Assembly (NCBI GenBank): GCA_010093815.1
Contig: ML996576.1
DNA length: 64,000 nt
Source: Pseudovirgaria hyperparasitica
Taxonomy: Eukaryota
Reading direction: 5' to 3' (one strand)
The notes beneath the pieces were generated by a model. The model did no database searches and was not told the DNA's origin. It saw nothing but the letters and a program-made list of their open reading frames with translations. Position numbers and translations under genes: made by a program. Below are positions 51,082 through 63,422 of this stretch, piece by piece; position 1 is the first letter of the stretch; every line of letters begins with the position of its first letter.

Positions 51082-52398
51082 TCAAATCGTTGTCGTCCAC
51101 TCGGTGGCTCCGACGCGTTTAAATTCAACTGTGGCAGCGAATTGCCCACTTGCTATCCATTGTTCAAGTGTCTCCTTCGTATAAGGGCCATTAGGCGTCA
51201 AGTTTGGATCTTGTGCATACCGAAACTCGAATTGTTGCGCATTTTCCGGTCCTACGTCGTCCGCAGCCTGGGATGGTGGATCGACCCAGGCGTCTCCAGT
51301 CTCGCGTTGATACCATCGAGTCAATAGCTCGCGTTCTTGCTCGTATATATCATCTGTTCCCCGGTTCATCAGTTTCGTGGTGCTGTCGGTTATAGCATCG
51401 ATGGCCTCTTTCTTCTTTTGTTCTGCCGCAGCTGTTACGGGATCGACATCCATCGAAGTGCCATTCCTCAGCATCTTTTTCTGCTTCCACGCAGGAATAG
51501 GCTGTTTTCGACCCTTGTTCAGCCGTTGCAGTGCTTCGAGTGATGTTTCACCTAGTTCTAGATGAGGTATGAGTGCCTTGAGAAGATCACTGGTTAGCAG
51601 CTCGTCATCGTCTAGCCGTCGTTGGCGCTCTTCTTGCTCGCGTTTTGCCCTGGCGTCCTTGGCCTTCTTTATGTCCTTCTTGGATATCCCTTCAAGCCAT
51701 GTATCGTGTACTGCGTCCGGGTCGCCAGCTTTGCGGACAAAATTGCCATTCTCATCGAAGCGTCCCTCCTCCCCTTCTGATTTCATATTAAAAGCGTCCA
51801 GTTTTGGCGCATGTTTCGTCTTATGACCGGCTCCCAATTCTTTGTCGATGCCCCTAGGGACTCTGTCTCGCTCCTCATCGCCTCCGCTGTCGCTGCTGCT
51901 TTCCGCTTCATGGTCAATGTCGTCGGCATCTAGACGAAAGTTGGCAGACACGTGTCCACCGGCTTTGCTGTCCGCAACCGCGCCTTCGACATCCTGGTTC
52001 TCCATGAACTTGACACTCTTTTTCTTCTTGCCTTCTCGACTCAGTTCTTCCTCATCTCCATCAGCTTCCTCAAGATCTGCAAACATGTCTTGGTCTTCCT
52101 CTTCTTTGGACTTTCTTGCGTCTTGTGCTTTCGCATCTGCACGAGCATCAAAATTGTCGTTGGAGCTATCCGAGTCGTACCCGTCGATATTGACTGCGTT
52201 ACGCTTGGTGGCAGCTCCTTTGCCAATAACGTCTGCCTCAAGGATCTCATCTTCCTCGTTCGCGTCAGGAGCTAGGTTTGATGGGTTTCGTGGATCAAAG
52301 CGGGGCTTCTTTGTGCTTGACCCTTCGCCGTCTTGGTGATGTGTACGGGCGTAATTCTCGCTGGCGCGCTTCGGTCTAGGCGCCAACCTGCCTGTCAT
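51082..52398 (-). CDS. LIN1: U5 snRNP protein Lin1/CD2BP2 (GYF-like C-terminus)
   Basis: LDAFNMKSEGEEGRFDENGNFV, DTWL, GETSLEALQRL; C-terminal GPY...QWIASGQF. Confidence 0.9.
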   Translation of the reverse strand: MTGRLAPRPKRASENYARTHHQDGEGSSTKKPRFDPRNPSNLAPDANEEDEILEADVIGKGAATKRNAVNIDGYDSDSSNDNFDARADAKAQDARKSKEEEDQDMFADLEEADGDEEELSREGKKKKSVKFMENQDVEGAVADSKAGGHVSANFRLDADDIDHEAESSSDSGGDEERDRVPRGIDKELGAGHKTKHAPKLDAFNMKSEGEEGRFDENGNFVRKAGDPDAVHDTWLEGISKKDIKKAKDARAKREQEERQRRLDDDELLTSDLLKALIPHLELGETSLEALQRLNKGRKQPIPAWKQKKMLRNGTSMDVDPVTAAAEQKKKEAIDAITDSTTKLMNRGTDDIYEQERELLTRWYQRETGDAWVDPPSQAADDVGPENAQQFEFRYAQDPNLTPNGPYTKETLEQWIASGQFAATVEFKRVGATEWTTTI

Positions 52399-52778
52399 TG
52401 TCCTAATAGTTTATCGTTAGAGATAAAGCAGTTCCTGCAGTGTAACAAATGTATTGCGACTGAGATTGTTGTGTGTTGGGTGCTGTAACAATGGAGATGA
52501 GGCTCTGGTGTGCATCCGACGTTTGGAGCTTGGGCCTCTATACGGCCTCGGTGTCACCAAGTCCAGACTGTCCAGCGTCATCAGTGGGAGCCTTCACTAT
52601 GTCCGAACATCCCGCATCAACATCCACAAATATCGGTGTCACGCCTGCCTTCATCCTCGAACCTCCTACTGCTGCGCATCTTTCCTCGTGGCCACTGTAA
52701 GCAAGTATTTTTTCCAGCCCACCTAGATCTCCGATCTTCCAGGGTGCCTACCTACCAATTCGGCCCTCCTCTATAATC

Positions 52779-54017
52779 ATGGCAAGTGCAACACCCCGCG
52801 AAGAAATGAAGTGAGGTCGCAATCAAGCATCTCTCTAACATTCACTTTCAGGATCCCAGATACTTCGACGAGGATGATCCGATGGCTCTATACCAGGCCG
52901 CTCTCTTGCGACGACAAGGAGGCGCCCCTCGGCGGTTCGACGAGTGGTTTCGATGCATGCCCGTTGCCATGTTGCCAGGCCCAGACCGACCTGAGGCGAA
53001 TCATGGCGGCAAAGTCTTTCTACCTCCGAGTGCTCTGGACAAACTAACGAGGCTTCACATTACTTATCCTATGCTCTTCGAGCTCACAAACAACAAGGAC
53101 AACGCAAACAAGAAGACACATGCTGGTGTACTGGAATTCACAGCAGAAGAGGGGAAGATATACCTACCATACTGGGTACGCAGTTGAGACAGCTATTCAT
53201 AATAGCAACAGAATCAAGTGCTAATCATTCTGTATAGCTCATGGAGACCTTGAAGGTCGACGTCGGGGATATGCTCCAAGTCAAGTCCACAGACCTTCCT
53301 CTAGGCACTTTCATCAAGCTCCAACCTCAAGACTGTTCTTTTCTGGAGATCTCAGACCCGAAGGCAGTTCTTGAAAATGCGTTCCGAAACTTCTCTTGCC
53401 TGACAACCGGAGACATCTTCACATTCAGCTATAATGACACAGTGTACCACATTGCTGTCCTTGAGACCAGGCCGGATAACGCCACGAAAGCGATATGTAC
53501 ACTTGAGACTGATTTATCCGTCGACTTCGCACCACCTATAGGCTATGAGGAACCCAAGCGCACATCAGGCACATCGACGCCTCGCAGCACGGCGAGCGGC
53601 GCAGGCGGCGTTCTGGCGGGCAAAGGTGGCATGCTCCATCCGCACGGTACTATGGCGCAGGCTATAAACTATGCCTCCATTGCCCCTGGATCCTCGACCG
53701 CAGCCACAGGCGCTAGAGCAGTGTCGAGCCACTTCCTCTCGTCAGGGCACAAGCTGAGCAGCAAGAAAGGCAGCAAACCGGCGACCCCGAAGCCTTCCAC
53801 ACCAGTTGTTGGCACATCGAACACCCTGCCCAACGCTCTTCCTCCTACCATAAGGAGAACTAATGGCCCGCAGCCCTTGCGTCTGCCCCCTGGAAAACTA
53901 TTTTTTGGGTACGAGATCAAACCTGCGAAGAAGGAGGGCGATCAGGAGAAACCACCGGAGGGTGTCCATTTCCAGGGACAGGGCAATACGCTGAGAAAAA
54001 AGAAGGGAGATAAGTAG
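52779..54017 (+). CDS. UFD1: Ubiquitin fusion degradation protein Ufd1
   Basis: Exons 52779-52781 (inferred), 52852-53175, 53238-54017; GGKVFLPPSAL, THAGVLEF, ISDPKAVLE, VDFAPP, FQGQGNTL SHP box. Confidence 0.95.
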
Positions 54018-57000
54018 GCAATATGCTGAACTTCTCATGCATGTGATGCATACATGGCGTTGGGTGACAGCAATTATTGCTTAGGGAGCATTCGGTGTCC
54101 TTTTCAGTGACCATAGACTCTCAGATGCTTTCGGACGCGCAATTTATAGTCCAATGTATGGTACGTTCATCGTCCTAGGTGGACAGTGGAGGCTTGAGCA
54201 TATACTCCAAGGCTATTTGTGAGCATACGCGTGTACATTACTGGTGATTGTTGCCTGGCCATCAAAGATGCTAAGCAGCAAGTAGATATACTTACAAATA
54301 ACATTTCATAATCTATGACGGTCTACCATTTCTATATTGCCCACCAAGTCACTAGGGCATTAGTTAGGGATCATCTTCATATTTGTCAACACCACCATCG
54401 TTTCATCAAAAAGCACAAACATCTTCCTCCTTGGTCCAGCTGCAAGGCACTCTTCCCGGCTCCCGGACACATACAACTCCCCGGCCGATCTGAGAATGTT
54501 CATCTCGTCTAGCGTTGCCCGACCGACTGCTGTGCCCCATTGGATCAGTCTGCAGAAGTGGCGCTTGTTCCATGCTCGGACCGCGCATGCACGAGCGATC
54601 ACTTGACAAGCAACAGCTGCGTGTTGTCTGCGTTCCCAGTTGGATTGATTCTCCATCGAAATTGCTCATTCGTACTTGCCTCGTGTTGGAACTGTGCCCG
54701 GGGAGTCCAGACTGCCTGCCCCAAGACGACGCGACGCCGCTGGAGCCTCATGTCAAACACGAACGAATGATGCAGATCTGCAAGACCTGTCGGCGTGGTA
54801 TAGAGCTGATGGTGATACGACGCGGAACGGCGCGAGCAGAACCCGGGTGTGACGACGGCGACGTACGTGGCTGTGGTGTATGGCGAGTGAGTGGGATGGG
54901 CAGATGCGGCGCCGGGGGGCACCATGGAGAGAGCGTGGGCCCATACAATACAAACTGTGGATGGTGCTGGTCGACTCCATGGACATGCATTGACAAGGTA
55001 TGCTAGGGACGCAAGTGATGTGGTGCGTGAGAGTGCAAGTGTAGGTGTATCAGGCTGCAGATTGGCGCGCAAGTGTGACAGAGCTGGTGTAAGCGCCTCT
55101 GACGCCGCACGCGATACTCGAGAGGCGCATTTCGAGTTTTGATGGGGGGTGGAGACAGCTGAGTTGGTGAAGCGCAGCTATGTTTTCTCTTCTTCTTCTT
55201 CTCCAAATTGGACGAGATGTTTTGCTTCTTTGAGTGGTGGCGTCTGGCTATGGCATAGATGATCTTCGTTCGTTTTGGAATTGTATACCCACACTTTCTA
55301 TTTTTTAAGACAGCGCTATAACAACATCTCTGCTGCTTTTTAGCGGAGTCTTAATACTTTCATAGTACTTACGTGGACACAAGATGTCAGATAAGCAATC
55401 CATGTCATCGCACGGCCACATGCACGCGAACGCGACCAAGTGAGAAAGCGTTCGCGAGGCTTCTGTCAAGAGTTCGCATGCATCTGCCGCGATGCTAGGC
55501 AGCATTCGTGGAGACGTCAAGGTAGGAACCGGTAAGGCGAAGACAACGGCCTGCAGCTGTATGATGGAATTGATTGCAGCCTACCTACTCTTACTCGTTC
55601 ACGATTACGCCTCTCTGTTGCATTTGCCTTGCTCAAGTCATGTGTCGGCCAAGGCCAAAAGCCCTGGAATCCAACTAAAGTATGTATAGCTACGGTGCAG
55701 AAATCGACGTTACTCTCGTGTCCAGAAGTCGGGTAGTCCTGTCGCTAGGTAAAGAAGAGGATTTTATGCTTGCTATTGGTGGTTCGCAACACCATTCACC
55801 GCGAACCATCGACCCTAAGTATTGATCGAACGGTGACAGTCTTTCTGTTTGGGAACGATGTGAAACAAACTTCGGCCGACAGTCTCTGTGTCTCACTCAT
55901 ATTGCTTCGTCATCTGCACGCAAGGACAGATGGCTGGTGAGATCAGCGATACAAGAAGAGGGTGGCACGCAGAGATTCCGTATTGGCTAATATTCAAATC
56001 CCTTGCTTGATACCCTTGGAAGCTAGAACAGATGTCGACTAATTCAGAAGGCTTCCATCTTAGCAACAAAGGGTAATCAAGATTGGGGCTTGACTAATTC
56101 GAGAATGACCAACCTTGTGAGTGTCCTTTGGGAAGAAACGCAAAATGACATGACTGCCGTCTCGGACACTGCACCCCACGCGCCAGACATCTTGCAGGAA
56201 GGCAAACTTCATTATATCCATAGAAGAACTACACCGACCTGGTCCATTCCATACGGGCGTGATCGGTTCATTATACGAGTCTCGAAGACGGTGTGGCATT
56301 CTGAAGAAGCCAGACTAGGCCGAGAAAGATAGACGTCGGAGTGACTCGCCTACTACCCGTGCCACGCGAGGCCCTGGGCACTGACGACATCTCACCCAGG
56401 CCGAAGCGTCTGTTGCCGACTGAAGATCATCATTGGAGTTCTCATTGGGACGGTCATTAGATGCTAGATGCGGTGGGAGATGCCCGGGTGGTGGCTCGCT
56501 CCAGGCGCGCCAGACGCGATGCGTTGATATCTCTGTAGCGCAATACGAAGACGATATTCGACGCAGAGGCATTCGGCATGGGGTCAGTCAAAAAGAGTTC
56601 GATGGGCCCACGAGACTGGTCGAAAACGTGGGGATGCGAAGTGAGATGCAACGGTTGAGTCGTGCGCGGTCGTGGTTCGTGGTGCATGCGATCATTGCGA
56701 TGATTGTTCCGGGCGGTGTGGGCAGGCGGCCGCTTACCACGCCGTCCATCCCTCGGCAATTAGACGCGGACGAATCACAGAGCCGCAGTCGCTTCTGGTC
56801 TGTTGGTCAAGGGGCTAAGGGGTCAAGGGGAAGGGGTTGACAGGAGAGACAGAAAAGGTCAAAATGTAGGGCTGACTCGATGTCTGCATATCCTTGCGCT
56901 CCCCACGTCCACCTTTTCACTCATGATTCCATGGCACTGAGTCTGCTCTCACTTGGACAATGGCTTACCTTGGGTATTATTACTATACTCATGCTCTCTC

Positions 57001-57886
57001 GTCTGTGCAAGACTTACACTTGGACCCCCAACACTACTCAGCACGGGAAACATTGACGTCTATGCCAAAAAGCCAACGGATTCCGCCTCCCTGTCCGCAT
57101 TCATTCTACGCCCCATGGATCTCAAATGGCACTCGTCGTCGAATAGCACTGCCAGTATGCTAGCTGCTTCATCACCGCCAACACACTGCCATGCCATCCG
57201 AATCATTGGGAATGTCTTTCGTCCATAGTCCAAATAATCGCGTGGTTGGCGCGGATCCTGATGCCCATGTTGATATTCCCTTTGTTGCCGTACTCGCGCA
57301 TTGCTCCACATGTGCCCATTACTACTGTGCCTCTAGACCAACTCCACTCCAGCTGCTGCCATAGCTCGGCCGCCTCGATGGTAATCATGCCATCCTTGAT
57401 CTGGCCTCCCCGTGCTGCTTGTCTGGTCCCTGACAATGTTGGCAGTCATAATGCTCAAGTAGATTTTCAGCCTGTCGTATCGGTCGTTCCGGCTTATCCC
57501 CACCTTGCGCTGCCCTATTGACTTAGGACCCAACATGCCCGCCGGTTCTTGGTCACAAGCCACCATACGATTCCTAGATATCAGACGAACCCTCCCTGTT
57601 TGTCCTTCTTTGGGTTCAGTCCTGGTCTCCACTCGAAGGCAGCGACAGATTATACTGGTCCTGACGCCGTTATCCGTCATTCTTCTCATACTGTGCCATG
57701 TCTTACCTGCGTTCACTCTCTTCTAAGATCACTCGTTCTGTTTTGCTCAATCGTTCTGTGCCATTGCGCAGTAGGGTCTAAAGCACCCTATTGTCCTGGG
57801 ACTTGTCAGTATATTTACTTGTTCCATTTGTCCCCGTCTTCATACTTCATTCGAACTTCACCACTATCCTCTCACATCTCATCAAC

Positions 57887-58042
57887 ATGTGTATGCAAAT
57901 CGTTGAGCAATATCCAGGCTGTGGCTGCATCTACTTCGTACATGGTTGGCAGGCGTGTCCTTCTCCGGGTTCATCTATCTGTAAATTGACAGTCAAATAC
58001 GTCGCGTGTGGTCATACATGCTCCGCCCATCACCGAGGATGA
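57887..58042 (+). CDS. 51-aa Cys/His-rich micro-protein
   Basis: MCMQIVEQYPGCGCIYFVH...C...GHTCSAH with CAACATG start context; resembles a small MC..E.Y..C.C.Y..H family I recall from filamentous ascomycetes. Confidence 0.6.
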   Translation: MCMQIVEQYPGCGCIYFVHGWQACPSPGSSICKLTVKYVACGHTCSAHHRG

Positions 58043-59365
58043 CCAGAACGCCAGCTGAGACGTACGAAACAATGCTGGCATTTGATTTCTCAGGCTAGGT
58101 GGAAATTGTCACGGACACGGAATTCAACATCTCATACATCTGCGGGTTGCGACGGCCCGCCGGTACGGGTCGATCAACTACATTCACTTCGCGCCAAACG
58201 ACATCACCAACCTCAGTACATCTCTTGACGAGATCAACACCTCTTCGATCAACGCTTTTCCATCGGACGGATATACGGAAGGGAGGAGAACACAAAGAAT
58301 TCTAAATATTGCTAGCGAAGGCGTCATGAGTCCGGCGCCGCCCACACCGTCCAGCTTGCACAACTCTCAGCCCCAGCGATCCTTGGACAGCATGTTGCGG
58401 CAGCATTTTTGAGCACCATAATACCGCCGTTCGATGAACCATGAGCGAAATGTATAGAAATCATCTTCAGTGGTTCGGTGCAACGGTTGGGATCTTTTTT
58501 TAGAACGGCACCGGCGCAATGGTACGGTTTCTCGCTTAACCCAAGAATACTATTTCCTACTACGGCAACGAGGCGTTTTCTACATCCACTCATGCCCCTT
58601 TGCACTGTATGCCTTATTCGTGATATTTGGCATTGTAAATTGCTTATGCGCTGTAATTATTATGTGTCGTCTCCTCTCCTGCTGAATGCCTTGTAATGCT
58701 AATAAAGCACATCATGTATGTAATTTGCCAACCATGAGAAGTATCATGCCCCAGCGCGGATCGTCAAGCCCCATTTGACAAACATCTCCAACAATATAAG
58801 AACCCTACGTCCAATGACGAGATTTCCTTTTCCCTACCTTGCTGCCAAATTGTAGACTGAGAATATATGTACACGTGTCAGTGTCAATGTCGGTTCCTGG
58901 CCTTCTGTTGCGAATGAGAGGAATATCTTAACTATTCATATTGAATGATCGAATAGATTTCTATGTAATGGTAGAATAGAGATCGCGATGCTTGTTTATT
59001 GTTCATATGTATCTTTAGGTTATTCGTATTTCGGCAACCTGTACAGGATGTACCAAGATACGACCATTGACAAGTCAGGCCGTTGACTGATTACAGTTCA
59101 GAGACACGGCATAGCAACATAACAAATTTGGCAAGCCATTGAAATTCTATACAAAGTACCAAGTCGAAATTTTTCAGTCTCGCCCACCAAATGAAGATAT
59201 CTTGGAAACATGGACCATGGTTCGCCAGGCTTGGTTGCTGGATGAACATCCTCGCACTTCCGGGCTCCCCTATAAAGAAGCAAAATTTTCCCTTTCTCAA
59301 CGATCATCTTTACATCTCACAAATCTCTCCTTGCACAGCTTTGATCAGCTTCAATACACTCACAA

Positions 59366-60808
59366 ATGCAAGAAGATTCTCACAAACTCAATTTCTCACA
59401 CACCTCATCCTCCCTCAACACCACACACAACAACAACAACCACGATTCTCTGACGTGGTCCCTCCCTCGTATCGAGATGCAGTCGCCAGTCGATTGGTCT
59501 GTCTCGAACGAGTCCCCCAACACCCCGTCGGACTGTCGTCTATACCTCAGTTCGGCATCAACATCAATCTCTTCTCCTGGCGAGCCAACAGACAGACAAA
59601 CAGCTCAGCCAAGTCAATCAACATCTTTTTCGCGAAAGCCTGCAGAGAAACAAGCAGCTCAGTCAGGTCGGTCGACATCATCTTCGCACAAGCCAGCGGA
59701 GAAACAAGCAGTTCTGCCTGGTCGACTAGAGCACTCCCACATCACCAAGCAGCTCGGATCTGGTGGCTTTGGCGTTGTCTACATCGCTCGTGAGTACCAC
59801 GTTGAGAAAGATGCTGTTGTGATGGGCCGTCATTGCGTGGTCAAACACTTCCTGAGGTCCTACAACGGAGAAGAAGAGGCCCGATATGCGGAGATTGTCT
59901 GCACGGATAGGCCCGGAAGCAGTGAAAAAATTGTTCGGATGCTCCGGGCCATGCGCTACGAATCCGGTTTATTCCTCAAGTACGAGCTTTGCTCCTTTGG
60001 GGACCTTGGGGACTTCACACAGGAACTGCGACGAGCCGACGTCGACATCAACGAGCTTACAGAGCGACGCTCGCCTCCTCAGTCATTCATTCTGCATGTC
60101 GCTCGCTGTCTCGCAGAGGCTCTTGCTTTCCTGCATGAGGGCCGCACCTACCGCGAAGACGGCACCTACTTCCAGCAGCCAAACTGGCGTCCCATCATCC
60201 ACCAAGACATCAAGCCTGAAAACATGCTAGTGTCCGACCGACTTCCTGGTCAAGACTATCCCAACATCAAACTCGGGGATATCGGATGCGCACACTTTCT
60301 CGGCGACGAGAAGCCGTATCCTGGAACGGCAGACTACCAGGCTGGGGACGGTGACCATAGTGAGCAGGCCGATCTATGGTCTCTTGGTGCCGTTATCCAC
60401 AAACTGGCGACAGGTGTGGTACCTGTCGAGCATCCCGGCAGGAGGCCCGTCAAGGACCATAGCAGCAGCAACAGGAGGCAGTGGGAAGCGTACCACAACC
60501 GCAAGCGCGTGGTACAACAAGTCAACAAGCTCCCACAGTACGACGATCAGCTCCAGGTCGTCATGGAGAGCTTTCTGGTGCTGGGCGGGCCTCGCATGTC
60601 CGCCAGTGAGGCGATTGAGCGGGAGCTGCTCCCGGCATACCAAGAGATGGACGAGGATTGGGAGCCCGTCTTCGGATGGATCATGCTCCAGGAGAACAGA
60701 CTGGAGGAGTTGGACCGGTTCAAGGTCCAGGCATGGGAGCGATGCGAACCTACGCCCCCGCTGCCTCAACCTACTTCTCCTGGTTCTTGGGGAAGCAACT
60801 GGAAGTAA
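59366..60808 (+). CDS. Atypical non-RD Ser/Thr protein kinase (start may be 59477)
   Basis: LGSGGFGVVY, CVVK, HQDIKPEN, LGDIG, GTADY, DLWSLG; intronless. Confidence 0.88.
   Translation: MQEDSHKLNFSHTSSSLNTTHNNNNHDSLTWSLPRIEMQSPVDWSVSNESPNTPSDCRLYLSSASTSISSPGEPTDRQTAQPSQSTSFSRKPAEKQAAQSGRSTSSSHKPAEKQAVLPGRLEHSHITKQLGSGGFGVVYIAREYHVEKDAVVMGRHCVVKHFLRSYNGEEEARYAEIVCTDRPGSSEKIVRMLRAMRYESGLFLKYELCSFGDLGDFTQELRRADVDINELTERRSPPQSFILHVARCLAEALAFLHEGRTYREDGTYFQQPNWRPIIHQDIKPENMLVSDRLPGQDYPNIKLGDIGCAHFLGDEKPYPGTADYQAGDGDHSEQADLWSLGAVIHKLATGVVPVEHPGRRPVKDHSSSNRRQWEAYHNRKRVVQQVNKLPQYDDQLQVVMESFLVLGGPRMSASEAIERELLPAYQEMDEDWEPVFGWIMLQENRLEELDRFKVQAWERCEPTPPLPQPTSPGSWGSNWK
59583..59726 (+). repeat. 54-bp (18-aa) tandem repeat, about 2.7 copies, in the kinase N-terminus
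   Basis: PTDRQTAQPSQSTSFSRK / PAEKQAAQSGRSTSSSHK / PAEKQAVLPGR. Confidence 0.85.
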
Positions 60809-61063
60809 GGGTTACAAGTGTCGTGGTTCGCTCGGATGGACATTGTCAAGATTGTTCTTTTCGACCGCGCTCGACCTTGTTTCCCTCACATCAAGACGTC
60901 GAAATCTTGAATTCCACCGAAGCTTAGGGGAGTTCTACTGCATCCTTGACGTCAAAAACGAGGCATGCAGTCGCGCTATTCCTGGGTCTGACTACCTTCC
61001 AACGTCTATATCCTCTCGTCCAGTCGCTCTCCTCCAGACTTGGCGCTCATTCGTGTCCTCGGA

Positions 61064-61176
61064 GATCAAGCATTGCTCACGTTCTCAACTCGAGTTCAAG
61101 CTCTGCTCATGTTCTCAACCTGGGTTCAAGCACTGCTCATGTTCTCAATCTGGGATCAAGCTCTGCTCAAGTTCTC
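61064..61176. repeat. 30-bp tandem repeat, about 3.8 copies
   Basis: G(A/T)TCAAGC..TGCTCA.GTTCTC units at 61064, 61094, 61124 and 61154. Confidence 0.92.
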
Positions 61177-61289
61177 GTCACTCGAGGAGCCTGTCAAGAG
61201 CTGCACGTTCACCAGTCTGTGCTTTGGAGGAACTTGGCGGGTCATTCCAACCAAAGGAGTGCGTCTCTTGCCGCCTGGGGTGTGTTTTT

Positions 61290-61513
61290 ATTGCGTGGCT
61301 TTGGCTGTGGGACGGCCATTGCAACTAGCGGCGGATGCATACCCTGCGTGGGTTTCTTGCCTAGTGTTTGTTTACATTGCGTGGCTTTGGCTGTTGTTGG
61401 GCGATACAGCCATTGCATATCTAGCGGCGGAGAATACCCCTGAGTGGGGTTTGCCTAGTGTTTGGATGCTTGCATTGGAATTGTATAGCAGGAGTATACC
61501 CTGAGTGGGTTTG
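61290..61513. repeat. Imperfect direct repeat of about 86 bp, two copies plus a partial third
   Basis: ATTGCGTGGCTTTGGCTGT...CTAGCGGCGGA...TTGCCTAGTGTTTG at 61290 and 61376; partial copy 61486-61513. Confidence 0.85.
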
Positions 61514-63422
61514 GAAAGCCTGATAGGCGTCTTTTGTATATAGGGGACTGCAGACTTGGCTGCAGGGTGAATGGGAGGGTGGGACCCTTCACACTTATGT
61601 TTGATTTGTACACTTAGCGTCTCGTTTCTAGATACCCAGTCCTGTCTGCGCGTTCAATTGCATCCTATTGTCTTGAGATATCTCTCGGCTCGAATCATAC
61701 TGCTGTCTATGCTTGGATTGTGACTTGGATTGCCAGGGCTCACCCTTACATGCCTTATTATTATCTCGTCGTCCATGCCTTCTGGCATTCTCCCGAGCTA
61801 AGCGGTGATAGATTAGTTATGCTCAGGCATATGCCTCTTTTAAATCCACTCTATCTAGCTCTCAGCTCCCTTGACTCCCGTGATGTGACCCCCTGATAGG
61901 TCGCTCGCTCCATTTCCAAGTATCTCAGCATATTAGCTCTTGCCTATCACTGACAGTCTAAGACCACTTGACTGTGGTTAGACAATGGTAGAATCTCGCG
62001 TTAACTCGAAGCTTTCAACTCTATGCTATCAAGATTCAAAGGTCTCGCTTCACTTATGGCAAGTCCTGAGTTGCTAACTTTCCTTCTATAATTCAAGTAA
62101 GCTTTATTCACTATGGTTTTGGTCGAGAGGTCTTCGGCGTTGTGGTATGAACACCTTCGAAATTTGACGTAGCAAGATTATGACAAGTCGTTTCAGCAGC
62201 AGCCAGATACAGGCTCTTATTGCTTCATCCTATAATCGATGACCACATGCAAAAGGTAATAAAGCAGATGCTACATTTTGCTATGCAAATCTACTCGCAC
62301 AAAGTGCACTTGATAAGTGCATAAATTTTTTCGATCAAGTTGACGTCAAGCAGTGTCTCTTCCCTGACGATATATCAGAATCGCCTAGACCATCGAGGAA
62401 TCCTCGCAGGAGATTGAACCCTGCAACAGTGTGCATGAAGGTACCAGCAGAGAAGCTAATCGATCTGAATGCGACAAGTGATATCGAGTTATATGCCGAA
62501 GTTGGAAGGATGCAAGGTATGCTCAGAACCAGAATTCTTGCACATGGATGTACCAACTCTAAAATTTGTAAGTACAATAGCAGAGGTAGAGTTCTTGAAG
62601 AATTATTGTAGAACGAAAAGCTTCGGATAACCTATCTAAGCAGAAGCACAAAGCAGCGCTGCTAGAGCTTCTAGAGAGGCCACGTACTGCCTATTCCTTT
62701 CAGTAACTCTGAAGATTGTCTGAATGTGTTGAAATAAAGTATGGGACAGTACAGTAGCTTGTTCGGAAGCACGACAGCATCTTGGTACTTGATCACTTAG
62801 ACGTTTCTATGTGAGCCGGCATTCGCTCTGGAGGCTTGACCTTAAAAAGGTTCGTGGGTAGAGCGTTCCGACCTCTGGGTCTCACAACTGTTGCATTTAT
62901 ATGGGCGAGCAGTCCCCGTCGAGCTTCATTTCGTTCTGTAAAGTGACACAATCGAACAGGTACGCACCAACAATCCCGCAAAGGTACTGACCGAAAACTC
63001 CGATCTTTGGATCATTCATTTGATATGAAAAGTGTAAGTTGGTGTGCACATCACTTGTTCCGATCATAATACTATGCTTTCCGACATCGCTTCGGCACCC
63101 TGATAAGGCTTTATTCATCCAGCTGATCATGTGGACACATCTGATTACAGAACTCTATAGCTGAGAGTCAGTCGCCCGACATTGGTTAGATCTTCATCTT
63201 GTTGGTGAGACCGATCGAATCCATCGTGCCACGGACAAAGAACAGAATCCTGATATATACTCGTCGTGAAACCCTTAGAGATAGCACCACGAATTCAGAA
63301 TGAGCTCGCAGCTCAGGAGTATAGAAATGGTACTTGCAAAATGGTGCATACGAAACAACGCGATTTGAGGAATTCTTTGGCATTTGCTTTGATCAGGTCT
63401 CGCCCTCTAAGCCATACTTAGT

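Noticed and set aside
54315..57730. Numerous 60-160 aa ORFs downstream of UFD1
   Set aside because: Mutually overlapping, many non-ATG starts, no motifs; consistent with random frames.
61064..61513. CRISPR-like array
   Set aside because: Eukaryotic context; units are contiguous with no unique spacers and no cas genes.
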